From assembly GCA_034530875.2 (NCBI GenBank), contig JAVRCJ020000002.1, positions 288,001 to 352,000 of the forward strand: a stretch of 64,000 nt of DNA. Reading direction: 5' to 3'. A program made the position numbers and the translations under genes. Shown piece after piece: positions 10,045 to 18,631 of the stretch. Origin of the DNA: Nostoc sp. DedSLP01 (GTDB lineage Bacteria; Cyanobacteriota; Cyanobacteriia; Cyanobacteriales; Nostocaceae). The notes below the pieces were generated by a model, which saw only the letters and a list, made by a program, of their open reading frames with translations, ran no database searches and had not been told where the DNA came from. Numbering within the stretch: position 1 is the first letter of the stretch; each line of letters begins with the position of its first letter.

Positions 10045-10941
10045 ATGTTTCAGCCAATAGGATTTGAACAACGCTCCGTAATTACCTCATTAGGTAAAAT
10101 AGTTTATTATACTGCTGCTGGATCGCCTTGGCAAAACGATGTGACAGCCAAAGACGGCCGGGAAACCTTGGTATTTCTCCACGGCTTTGGTGGAGGGTCT
10201 TCTGCTTATGAGTGGTCAAAAGTTTATCCGGCTTTTGCTAGTGAATATAGGATTATTGCACCAGATTTGATCGGTTGGGGTAGATCTGAGCATCCAGCAC
10301 GCAATTATAATATTGACGATTATTTGACAACGATTCGGGAATTTATTCAGCAGACTTGTAACGGCCCAGTCACAACGGTCGCTTCTTCTTTAACCGCGGC
10401 ATTTACAATTAGAGTAGCGATCGCTCATCCCGATTTATTTAAGTCTTTAATTCTCACTACTCCTGCCGGACTTTCTGACTTTGGTGAAAATTACTCTCGC
10501 AGCTTTTTTGCTCAGTTAGTCAGCGTTCCTGTTATCGACCGCGTGCTATACAGTACTGGAGTTGCTACCAGTGGCGGGGTTCGGGGTTTCTTAGAGCAAC
10601 GACAATTTGCTCAACCCAATCGAGTCTATCAGGAAATAGTAGATGCTTATCTACAATCTGCCCAACAGCCAAATGCTGAGTATGCAGCACTGTCTTTTGT
10701 ACGCGGCGATTTGTGCTTTGATTTATCGCTTTTTATTCAACAATTGACAACTCCCACGGCTATTATTTGGGGAAAAAAATCGGAATTTACAGGCCCTTCA
10801 ATTGGTCGCCGTCTCGCGGAAATGAATCCTCAAGCAATCCGATTTTTTCAACAATTGGAAGACGTCGGATTAACACCACAGTTAGAATTACCAGCAGTAA
10901 CAATTGGGTTAATTCGTCAATTTTTACCTTTGCTGAATTAA
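10045..10941 (+). CDS. Alpha/beta fold hydrolase
   Basis: LVFLHGFGGG, APDLIGWGRS, nucleophile-elbow variant VASSLTA. Confidence 0.88.
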   Translation: MFQPIGFEQRSVITSLGKIVYYTAAGSPWQNDVTAKDGRETLVFLHGFGGGSSAYEWSKVYPAFASEYRIIAPDLIGWGRSEHPARNYNIDDYLTTIREFIQQTCNGPVTTVASSLTAAFTIRVAIAHPDLFKSLILTTPAGLSDFGENYSRSFFAQLVSVPVIDRVLYSTGVATSGGVRGFLEQRQFAQPNRVYQEIVDAYLQSAQQPNAEYAALSFVRGDLCFDLSLFIQQLTTPTAIIWGKKSEFTGPSIGRRLAEMNPQAIRFFQQLEDVGLTPQLELPAVTIGLIRQFLPLLN

Positions 10942-11046
10942 TCTAAAAATTCAGAATTCAGAATTCAGGAGTCAGGAGTCAGAATAAAGCTTGGATTCTA
11001 AAATCAAACTTCCTATAAGTTCTTAATTTTTTAGCTTATTAAGCTT

Positions 11047-11213
11047 GCGAGCATCCCAAATGTGTAAAAACATATTTTGTCATTGCGAGCGTAATGAAAT
11101 GGAGCGAAGCAATTCGCTTGCTTCTAGCTGTTGCGATTGCTTCATTGGGCTTCGCTTCATTTGCTGTTTGACATCTGTTCTCTTTGTAAATTTGCTCTCA
11201 TTGGGATACTCCC
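11047..11213. mobile_element. MITE-like / palindromic dispersed element
   Basis: Ends GCGAGCATCCCAA / TTGGGATACTCCC are imperfect inverted repeats; internal GTCATTGCGAG...AAGCAAT...ATTGCTT...TGAC stem. Confidence 0.55.
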
Positions 11214-11268
11214 ACTAAGCTTGACCATCAAAGCCTTCTGAATTCTGAATTCTGAATTCTTACAAATA

Positions 11269-11802
11269 CTATTTATCTTTTAATCTGACATCAATGACAG
11301 TAGCATTGAAATTGTAGTTAAAACCTTCCAACTCAAATGGCATTCCAATTTTGACTTTACTGTTACCAAGAACTGGGCCGCTTTCAGTGACTTGGGCTTT
11401 ACCATCTAAAGTTAAAAGTAAATCTGTACTAAAGTTGTTACTTTTTGGATCTGGTAATTCTTTCACAGAACCATCAGGCTGGGAAACATTGATTGTTCTG
11501 GGCAGTTGTTGAATTGATTTAATCTCAATCTGACCGTATGGTTGGTTGCGGATGATTACATTAGTTTTACCGCCTTTTTTTAATCCGTTATTGAATAATT
11601 GTTCGGGGTCGCGTACATTCAAACCACGAACTACTAAATCTACCTCTATGGGCACTGTTTTCGCACCGACTTGGGCAACAGAACCAGAAGTGCCAGGGAA
11701 GAAAAAGATGCCAAATATAACTAGCAGAATTACCAGTGCAGCGCCTAAATCTAGGAGGTTAATTTTGCCAAATAAACGACCTTTTGAATCTAAAATAGCC
11801 AT
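11269..11802 (-). CDS. DUF4330 family membrane-anchored protein
   Basis: MAILDSKGRLFGKINLLD plus a TM helix, typical of this cyanobacterial family. Confidence 0.8.
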   Translation of the reverse strand: MAILDSKGRLFGKINLLDLGAALVILLVIFGIFFFPGTSGSVAQVGAKTVPIEVDLVVRGLNVRDPEQLFNNGLKKGGKTNVIIRNQPYGQIEIKSIQQLPRTINVSQPDGSVKELPDPKSNNFSTDLLLTLDGKAQVTESGPVLGNSKVKIGMPFELEGFNYNFNATVIDVRLKDK

Positions 11803-12193
11803 AAAAAGTTTTCCCAGGTAATAGCTAAGTAATTGATTGTAGCAAGAAGTTTTCGGATGACAACAGCAACTTTATCTTTTTGGTAATAATCCAAAGTAAC
11901 TGGGTCTTGCAGCCATGCGACAGTTTATCACGTGTTCGTTAGTTTCGAGCAGTGGCAGCTAACCCTGAAATTTTTGCCTATTAGAACTGATGTACCCAAA
12001 AGGTTAAATATGAGATTTAACCCTATCTATAGAGGGAATCATAGCCGTCAAATTTTAAGTATATTTGCGTAGGTATTGTTTGTATAACAACCTCTTGAGT
12101 TCTCAGTTAACAATGCAACTTAGAATACTCTAAATCCGTCTCATGATTTGTCTTATCATTTTACGTTTACCAAAATTATCTTCAGTGCGGATT

Positions 12194-13054
12194 ATGTTAA
12201 ATTGGAAAAATTTTTTTGTAAATTACCGGATGCGGCGGCGTCGCTGGTTTTATCCATTAATTTCTGTTGTAGTTGCTTTGAGTTTGTGTCTGAGTACAGC
12301 CCTACCTGGAAGAACTTTAGAATTCTTACCTTTGATATTGCAGGGAGTCCAAGTACTTCAGCTTTCTAATATATCCGATCGCCAGGAAACCGATCTTGGC
12401 AAAGAGATTAATCAGGAAATGGTAGGGCGTCAAGTCCGACTTTACCGCAATGCTGAAGTTAATGACTATGTAGAAAAAATTGGTCGGCGTTTAGCAGCTA
12501 ATAGCGATCGCCCCAATCTTCCCTATACTTTCCAAGTAGTAGATGACAATGCGATTAATGCCTTTGCCACTTTGGGAGGTTATGTATATGTACACACAGG
12601 TTTGCTCAAAGCCGCAGATAATGAAGCGGAACTGGCAAGCGTCATGGCCCATGAAATCGGTCACATTGGCGGCAGACACTTAGTTAAACAGATGCGGCAA
12701 AGAGCGATCGCTAGCGGTTTAGCTAGTGCAACTGGTTTAGATCGCAACACGGCTGTCAATATTGGTGTAGAACTTGCCTTAAATCGTCCCAACAGTCGTA
12801 AAGATGAATATGATGCCGATCAAAGAGGATTAAGAACTTTGACACGCGCTGGTTATGCCCAGTCCGCAATGGTTTCTTTTATGCAGAAGTTGCTGAAACA
12901 GGGTGGTTCTGTGCCAACATTTTTAAGTACGCACCCTGGAACAAGCGATCGCATTGCCGGCCTCAGACGTGCAATTGAGTCTAAACCGAGTAATTCAAGT
13001 TATGGGTTGGACAGTGCTAGTTATAGAGCTAATATTCGACCGTTAGTCAAGTAG
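12194..13054 (+). CDS. M48 family zinc metallopeptidase (start 12194 preferred)
   Basis: INAFATLGG, EAELASVMAHEIGH (HExxH), E.DAD, FLSTHP. Confidence 0.92.
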   Translation: MLNWKNFFVNYRMRRRRWFYPLISVVVALSLCLSTALPGRTLEFLPLILQGVQVLQLSNISDRQETDLGKEINQEMVGRQVRLYRNAEVNDYVEKIGRRLAANSDRPNLPYTFQVVDDNAINAFATLGGYVYVHTGLLKAADNEAELASVMAHEIGHIGGRHLVKQMRQRAIASGLASATGLDRNTAVNIGVELALNRPNSRKDEYDADQRGLRTLTRAGYAQSAMVSFMQKLLKQGGSVPTFLSTHPGTSDRIAGLRRAIESKPSNSSYGLDSASYRANIRPLVK

Positions 13055-13101
13055 TCTTGAGGCCAAGCTCAAGGAGTGGAGCTATACGGATAATACTCTT
13101 T

Positions 13102-13151
13102 GGCAGAGGACAAAAATTGTATTTTCTTTTTTCTGTCCTCTGCCTTTTTTT
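13102..13151 (+). terminator. Putative intrinsic terminator
   Basis: GGCAGAGGACA...TGTCCTCTGCC stem followed by a T run, downstream of the M48 gene. Confidence 0.55.
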
Positions 13152-13282
13152 GAGGATTTTTCCTCAATTTTCCAACGTAGGTAAGTAGTTGGACAAAAAT
13201 ATTTACAGTCATTACCAGAGAAGCAATCTTCAACCTTGCGATCGCTTGTTTGAGATCCAGCTGCGCTAGTGATGGAATAACT

Positions 13283-14056
13283 TTAGGGATAAGCTATAAA
13301 TAAATGGTTTTTACGGGTGTCATATTGTTCTTTAAACTCCTCTTGACTAAAAGGCTTTTCGCCGTTGAGCCATAAATCAAGTAAAGAAATTTTCAGTCCG
13401 CATTCTAAACAAAGTAGGTTATAAACATCTTCGGGATTAGTGCCGTAGTACTTTGCGGCTCCTAAACTGTATTCAAAAATTATAATCGGCTTGTCTCTTT
13501 TAATAATATTTTTTGCACCAAGTAAAACTTGTAGTTCTGCTCCTTCAACATCTATTTTGATCAGTGATATTTTTTCAGTCTTCTCGAATAATATATTATC
13601 TAATAGATCGGTTTTTACAGTTATTTCTACTACCCGATCGTCGGATTTAGGATACTCGCGTTTTTGTAAGCCGCTGTAAGCTGGACGGTTAACTACATAG
13701 TTAAACTTTGCAGTTTCCTGTTTATCGCTTAATGCTAAGTTATATATCTCAATGTTTGGCTTATTAAATTGTTGAACTAAATACTCGTATGATTTGGGTA
13801 ATGGTTCAAATGCAAAAAGTTTACCTTGGGTGCAATATTTCATCATGATACCCAATATAATTCCGTGATGACAGCCTACATCTACAGCCACGGAATCAGG
13901 TTGCAAGACTTTTTGAATAACTTTTGCAGTGAAGTAGTCATAGTTAACAGATTTAAACTTCTTTATTAATCCATATTGTGCAGCCAACATTTTTACATAA
14001 GGTATATTTTCATAACCTATGATTGAGCTGAGGATACGTATAGCTAGAAGCTTCAT
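13283..14056 (-). CDS. FkbM family methyltransferase
   Basis: VDVGCHHG, AFEP, LIKIDVEGAELQVLLG, PIIIFE. Confidence 0.9.
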   Translation of the reverse strand: MKLLAIRILSSIIGYENIPYVKMLAAQYGLIKKFKSVNYDYFTAKVIQKVLQPDSVAVDVGCHHGIILGIMMKYCTQGKLFAFEPLPKSYEYLVQQFNKPNIEIYNLALSDKQETAKFNYVVNRPAYSGLQKREYPKSDDRVVEITVKTDLLDNILFEKTEKISLIKIDVEGAELQVLLGAKNIIKRDKPIIIFEYSLGAAKYYGTNPEDVYNLLCLECGLKISLLDLWLNGEKPFSQEEFKEQYDTRKNHLFIAYP

Positions 14057-14155
14057 TTTGATTCACCTATAGGAAGTTTATCTGCTTATTTCTTGCTGAT
14101 ACCAATCAAAGTTATGAAATAGTTTGTTTTTTTAAGTTAGTTGTATAAATTATAT

Positions 14156-14920
14156 TCAATAATGCTCAATTTTATCACGGCGATTAACTTTAATTTTTGC
14201 TGGGTCAACAACGACAGCTAAATCTCGTAAAGGGAGGGCACGGAGATAGTTTCTAAAAATGTTAACTTGATAAACTAAATTGTTTGTAACATCTAGTCCA
14301 GTCAACCAACCACTCCGGGGATGATATGCGCCGGTATCTATACCTAGCCATCCCTGTCCTTGTGCCAATTGACCGGGAGAAACCCCAGGTAAAGTAAAAG
14401 TAATAGTGTGACCGATAATAATTTGCTTGTCGGGGAAGTAAGGTTGGGGAATGCTGTGGAATTCTTCTCGTATCCAGCAGAGTTGATCGGCTGTTTGTTC
14501 TTTGACTGGCTTAGAAGGGTCAACACCAGCATGAGTTAACCAAATATCCCCCAAGTCAATATATGTAGGTAAAGCCTTGAGCCAATCTAAATGGTCATCT
14601 GGAATTGTCGCGTCATGGTAACTGGCTACGGTAGCTTGCCCTCCACTATACAACCATGCTTGCATCCTTGGAGAGGAAGCCCTTTCATCCGTCAGAATGC
14701 TTAATAACATCTGCTCGTGATTTCCCAACAAACACGGGTAGTTATTTTCTTTGACAAAATCAACTACTTGCGAACTGTGAGGCCCGCGATCGATTAAGTC
14801 TCCCAGAAAATAGACTCGATCCTCTGATGTCGGGGCGATCGCTTCCAACAATGTCATTAAACCTTCATAGTGACCATGTACATCCCCAATTACAATTTGC
14901 CTGGGGTTAGTTTCGCTCAT
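14156..14920 (-). CDS. Calcineurin-like Ser/Thr protein phosphatase (metallophosphoesterase)
   Basis: IGDVHG, GDLIDRG, GNHE, HAG, GHT, IDTG. Confidence 0.92.
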   Translation of the reverse strand: MSETNPRQIVIGDVHGHYEGLMTLLEAIAPTSEDRVYFLGDLIDRGPHSSQVVDFVKENNYPCLLGNHEQMLLSILTDERASSPRMQAWLYSGGQATVASYHDATIPDDHLDWLKALPTYIDLGDIWLTHAGVDPSKPVKEQTADQLCWIREEFHSIPQPYFPDKQIIIGHTITFTLPGVSPGQLAQGQGWLGIDTGAYHPRSGWLTGLDVTNNLVYQVNIFRNYLRALPLRDLAVVVDPAKIKVNRRDKIEHY

Positions 14921-15201
14921 TGTTTCTTGGCTGCAATAATTTGGAATTTTTGGATAATACTTCTGCTACAGTTTAAGCCGTCTAGTTTCCGCAATAACAG
15001 GTAAAAATACTGGATAAATTTTATTTTAATATAAAGTTTAATTTAAATTTAATTCTGACTCCAATTAGGTATCAGTTTTACTGGCGATCGCAGTATATTA
15101 TAGTCTATGGGTTTTGTGACAATTTAAAAACAGGTCGCTTGAATCTAGATTGTTAGCCTAGAATTTAAGGCGTGACTCTATACCTGACTTTCAATTTTAA
15201 A

Positions 15202-15486
15202 ATGTCTGAGGATTTTTCCCCTGAAATTAGTTCGCGGATCTGCAATCACATGAATGAGGATCATGCTGATGCAGTGGTTCTTTATGCTCAAGCTTTTGGT
15301 GGCGTTACAGATGCAAACTCAGCACAAATGCTGTCAATTGATGCACAGGGCATGGATTTAACAGCACAAGTGAATGGTGAAAATTTGCCAGTTCGTATTC
15401 AGTTCGATCGTGTTTTAGCAAATGCAGAAGATGCTCATCAAACTCTGATTGCAATGGTGAAGCAGGCGCGGTTGAAGGCAAAGTAA
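15202..15486 (+). CDS. DUF2470 domain protein
   Basis: RICNHMNEDHAD...IDAQGMDL...AHQTLIAM. Confidence 0.85.
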   Translation: MSEDFSPEISSRICNHMNEDHADAVVLYAQAFGGVTDANSAQMLSIDAQGMDLTAQVNGENLPVRIQFDRVLANAEDAHQTLIAMVKQARLKAK

Positions 15487-15563
15487 AAAATGACAAACTA
15501 ATTTACAACGATTTCAATTGAATAAATTACATACTCAGGGACACGATATATTGTGCCCCTAAT

Positions 15564-16982
15564 TTGTACTATATGCACATCGAGAAGATTCGGTTTGTTG
15601 ATTTATTTTCAGGAATAGGAGGAATTAGATTAGCCTTTGAACGGGCTGCTGATTCTTTAAATATAGAAAGTGAATGTGTTTTCAGTAGCGAAATTAATCC
15701 AGATGCTCGATTAGTTTATGAAAAAAACTTTAACCAAACACCCTTAGGTGATATTCGTTTAATCGATCGACTACCAGAACATGAATTTTTATTAGCTGGG
15801 TTTCCTTGCCAGTCTTTTTCTCACGCTGGTAAAAAAGAAGGCTTTGGCGATACGCGAGGCACATTATTTTTTGAAATTACCAGATTAATTGATACTTATA
15901 AACCACAAGCTTTTATTTTTGAAAATGTCCGGGGGTTTTATAGCCACGATGGAGGAAGAACTCTAGCAACGATTCAGCATGAAATTCAAAAACGAGGTTA
16001 TAGCTTTGATGCCTTTTTACTCAACAGCGCAAACTTTGGCTTACCACAAAACCGCGTCCGTATTTATATGATAGGCATTTTAAATGCTTCTCCCACTTTT
16101 GACTTGATTTCTGATGTGGGGCCAAAAGATTCTCATTCATATAACCCTCAGCAATTATCTTTGTTTTATCCACTAAAAAAGTCTGTGATTGTTAGTGATA
16201 TTTTGGAAAATAATCCAGATGAAAAATATAATTGTTCGCCAGAGTTTGTCAATGCGTTAAAACGAATATTTAACAATGATTTAAATCGCTTACATGGAGT
16301 CAGGCTGATTGATTATCGGGGTGGAAACTCTATTCACTCGTGGGATTTAGGATTGCGTGGCGAGTGTAGTGCAGAAGAAATTGAACTGATGAACTGTTTT
16401 ATTTTAAAAAGACGAAATAAAGAATTTGGGCAAGAGCAAGATGGTAAATTATTAACTCAGGAACAAATAGCTAGTTTTTTTAAACATCCCAATCTTGGAG
16501 AAGTTTTGAATTCGTTGGTTAGCAAAAAATATTTAAAACTGATTAATAATAAATATAAACCTCTATCAGGTAACTTTTCATTTGAAGTTTATAAATTTGT
16601 AGATCCAAATAAAATTTCAGTAACGTTGGTTGCTAGCGATGCGAATAGATTAGGAGTTTATCACAATCATAGAGTACGGCGATTAACTCCGCGAGAAGCA
16701 GCAAGGCTGCAAGGGTTTCCTGATAGTTTTATACTTCATTCTAATGATGATAAAGCTTATTATCAGCTGGGAAATTCTGTGAGTATTAATGTAGTTAAAG
16801 CTGTGGCTCAGGAAGTAATATTGAAAATATTTATGCCATGTCCAACACCACTATCTCAAGCAGTAACATATCCTTGGGTCAAGACGCGACGCCAGTCGCT
16901 ACAACGGGGAGCCACTGCGTTGGACGGGTTTCCCGGCTTGAAGCAAGTGGCGTGGGAACCCCCGCAACGCGCTGGCTCATAA
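15564..16982 (+). CDS. DNA cytosine-5 methyltransferase (orphan)
   Basis: DLFSGIGG (I), AGFPCQSFS (IV), FENV (VI), PQNRVR (VIII), RRLTPREAARLQGFP (IX), QLGNSV (X). Confidence 0.93.
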   Translation: MYYMHIEKIRFVDLFSGIGGIRLAFERAADSLNIESECVFSSEINPDARLVYEKNFNQTPLGDIRLIDRLPEHEFLLAGFPCQSFSHAGKKEGFGDTRGTLFFEITRLIDTYKPQAFIFENVRGFYSHDGGRTLATIQHEIQKRGYSFDAFLLNSANFGLPQNRVRIYMIGILNASPTFDLISDVGPKDSHSYNPQQLSLFYPLKKSVIVSDILENNPDEKYNCSPEFVNALKRIFNNDLNRLHGVRLIDYRGGNSIHSWDLGLRGECSAEEIELMNCFILKRRNKEFGQEQDGKLLTQEQIASFFKHPNLGEVLNSLVSKKYLKLINNKYKPLSGNFSFEVYKFVDPNKISVTLVASDANRLGVYHNHRVRRLTPREAARLQGFPDSFILHSNDDKAYYQLGNSVSINVVKAVAQEVILKIFMPCPTPLSQAVTYPWVKTRRQSLQRGATALDGFPGLKQVAWEPPQRAGS

Positions 16983-16991
16983 ATCGCGTCT
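16882..16991. mobile_element. Nested small dispersed repeats: palindrome AGACGCGA-TAAA-TCGCGTCT interrupted by a 90-bp insert that itself contains a 44-bp insert
   Basis: Removing 16890-16979 restores a perfect 8-bp hairpin; the insert has GCCAG...CTGGC arms and an inner GCCACT...AGTGGC element (16910-16953). Confidence 0.75.
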
Positions 16992-17022
16992 CTACAAAAG
17001 GTCTATTTGTCGCATTCTTTTT

Positions 17023-17817
17023 TCAATCTTGTGTTTGCAATAACCAAAAGCCGCTGTAAGTCATTCCAGAATCATCAGGTTGGACTAATAAAAAATGCAA
17101 TCCTTGGCTTTGTTGTTTTCGTTGTTCGTAGACTTGGGCTGCTGTGGTAACTTCTGGATCTTCAAAAGTGGCAAGAACCCATCTATCCACTAAGCCTGCT
17201 TCTAATATTAAGCCGTCTGGTGCGCCAGAAATGTAGTTCAATTCCACTGGACGGGCTTGCTGTAACCACCGCGCTAACTGCATTGATCGCCGTCCACCAT
17301 AAACGATCGCGCCAGGAACAGCCACGGTTGACGCTAAACCTAAATTAATCGGTTTGAGATATTCTGGTACGTGCAAAATCGGAATGGGGCGTTGTGCAAA
17401 CGCATCTACGAGTTCGCCAGCTGGGAGTGTCGCAAAACGCCATTGTTCTCCCAAGAGGTTTTCTGGCAATGGTGCAGGGGGTGGTTTATCCAGCACTGAA
17501 GGATATTGCTTTTCCTGTAACCATTGTTTCAGTGCTAAAGTGCGGCGAGTCGGTTCGACATTAATACCTAAATTACGTCCAGCTGCCTCAATTAAACTGA
17601 GAGATTGAGGACGAAACACTTGAATTACATCCGGCAATCGATCGCCAGCTGCTTGCTGAAGTTGAGTAGCAACCCAGTTAGAATTTGCTGCTGACTGAAG
17701 ACAAGTAGCTTGATATTCAAAGCTGCGAGTTGCATCACAAATGAACAACTCCCATAACACCTGTCCGGATGCATCTGGTTGTGGACGACGATAAAAATCA
17801 GCCTGCCAAATTTTCAT
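17023..17817 (-). CDS. Tab2/Atab2 family RNA-binding protein
   Basis: MKIWQADFYRRP...WEL.ICD...FRPQSL...GLILEAGLVDRW...GLHFLLVQPDDSG...GFWLL. Confidence 0.88.
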   Translation of the reverse strand: MKIWQADFYRRPQPDASGQVLWELFICDATRSFEYQATCLQSAANSNWVATQLQQAAGDRLPDVIQVFRPQSLSLIEAAGRNLGINVEPTRRTLALKQWLQEKQYPSVLDKPPPAPLPENLLGEQWRFATLPAGELVDAFAQRPIPILHVPEYLKPINLGLASTVAVPGAIVYGGRRSMQLARWLQQARPVELNYISGAPDGLILEAGLVDRWVLATFEDPEVTTAAQVYEQRKQQSQGLHFLLVQPDDSGMTYSGFWLLQTQD

Positions 17818-17895
17818 AAGTTGGGGAGTGGGGAGTGGGGAGTGGGGAGGCAGGGGGAGCAGGGGAGGCAGGGGGAGAGAGTTAAAACTGAAAAT

Positions 17896-18189
17896 TTCGA
17901 GTTCAGATGCTCAACGTTTGAGTTCGGAGGCTCAACGTTCCAGCAAAAAGATGCAATTTCCGAGTTCGGAGGCTCAACGTTCCAGCAAAAAGATGCAATT
18001 TCCGAGTTCGGAGGCTCAACGTTCCAGCAAAAAGGTGCAACTTCCGAGCTCGGAGGTGCAACGTTCCAGCAAAAAGGTGCAATTTCCGAGTTCGGAGGTT
18101 CAACGTTCCAGCAAAAAGGTGCAATTTCCGAGTTCGGAGGTGCAACGTTCGAGTTCAAAGGCTCAACGTTTGAATAAAAAGGCTTAACG
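17896..18189. repeat. Tandem array of fourteen 21-bp units with 42-bp higher-order periodicity
   Basis: TCCGAGTTCGGAGGCTCAACG alternates with TTCCAGCAAAAAGRTGCAATT; no unique spacers. Confidence 0.92.
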
Positions 18190-18210
18190 TTGAGCTTCAT
18201 CTCCTCCATA

Positions 18211-18259
18211 CCCAATGCCCAATGCCCAATGCCCCATGCCCAATGCCCCATGCCCAATG
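18211..18259. repeat. STRR heptamer array (CCCMATG)n
   Basis: cccaatg/ccccatg repeated about 7 times. Confidence 0.85.
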
Positions 18260-18265
18260 GTCAAT

Positions 18266-18541
18266 TCAAATAGCCTGAATCCATTCTTTGACAGAATATT
18301 CTGTCCAAATGCCATTTTTCCAGTAGGGATCGTTTTCAATTAATTCGCGGACAGTGGCTTCGTCTTCGGCTTCGTAAATTCCAAAAACTTTTGTGACATC
18401 TTTGGTAGGGCCGATGGTAATCAGCACGCCGGATTCTTTCTGTTTTGCTAATCCGTCTAAGTGAGCTTGACGGTGAGGGACGCGTTTTTCAAGAACGTCT
18501 TCGCAGTAAGTTCCCCAGAGTACATATTTAGGCATAAACAA
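18266..18541 (-). CDS. YciI family protein
   Basis: KRVPHRQAHL...IGPT...ENDPYWKNGIW. Confidence 0.88.
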   Translation of the reverse strand: MFMPKYVLWGTYCEDVLEKRVPHRQAHLDGLAKQKESGVLITIGPTKDVTKVFGIYEAEDEATVRELIENDPYWKNGIWTEYSVKEWIQAI

Positions 18542-18631
18542 TTTTGGATTTTGGATTTTAGATTTTATATTTTGGAACCAGTATGTTGGGGAGTGAGGAA
18601 TTATTAATTTATAACTCCTAACTCCTAACTC

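Noticed and set aside
17896..18189. CRISPR array
   Set aside because: The intervening units are themselves repeated, so there are no unique spacers, and no cas genes are present
17779..18257. Four overlapping ORFs across the 21-bp array
   Set aside because: Open frames arise because the unit length is a multiple of 3 and the flanks are STRR tracts; no RBS or family signal
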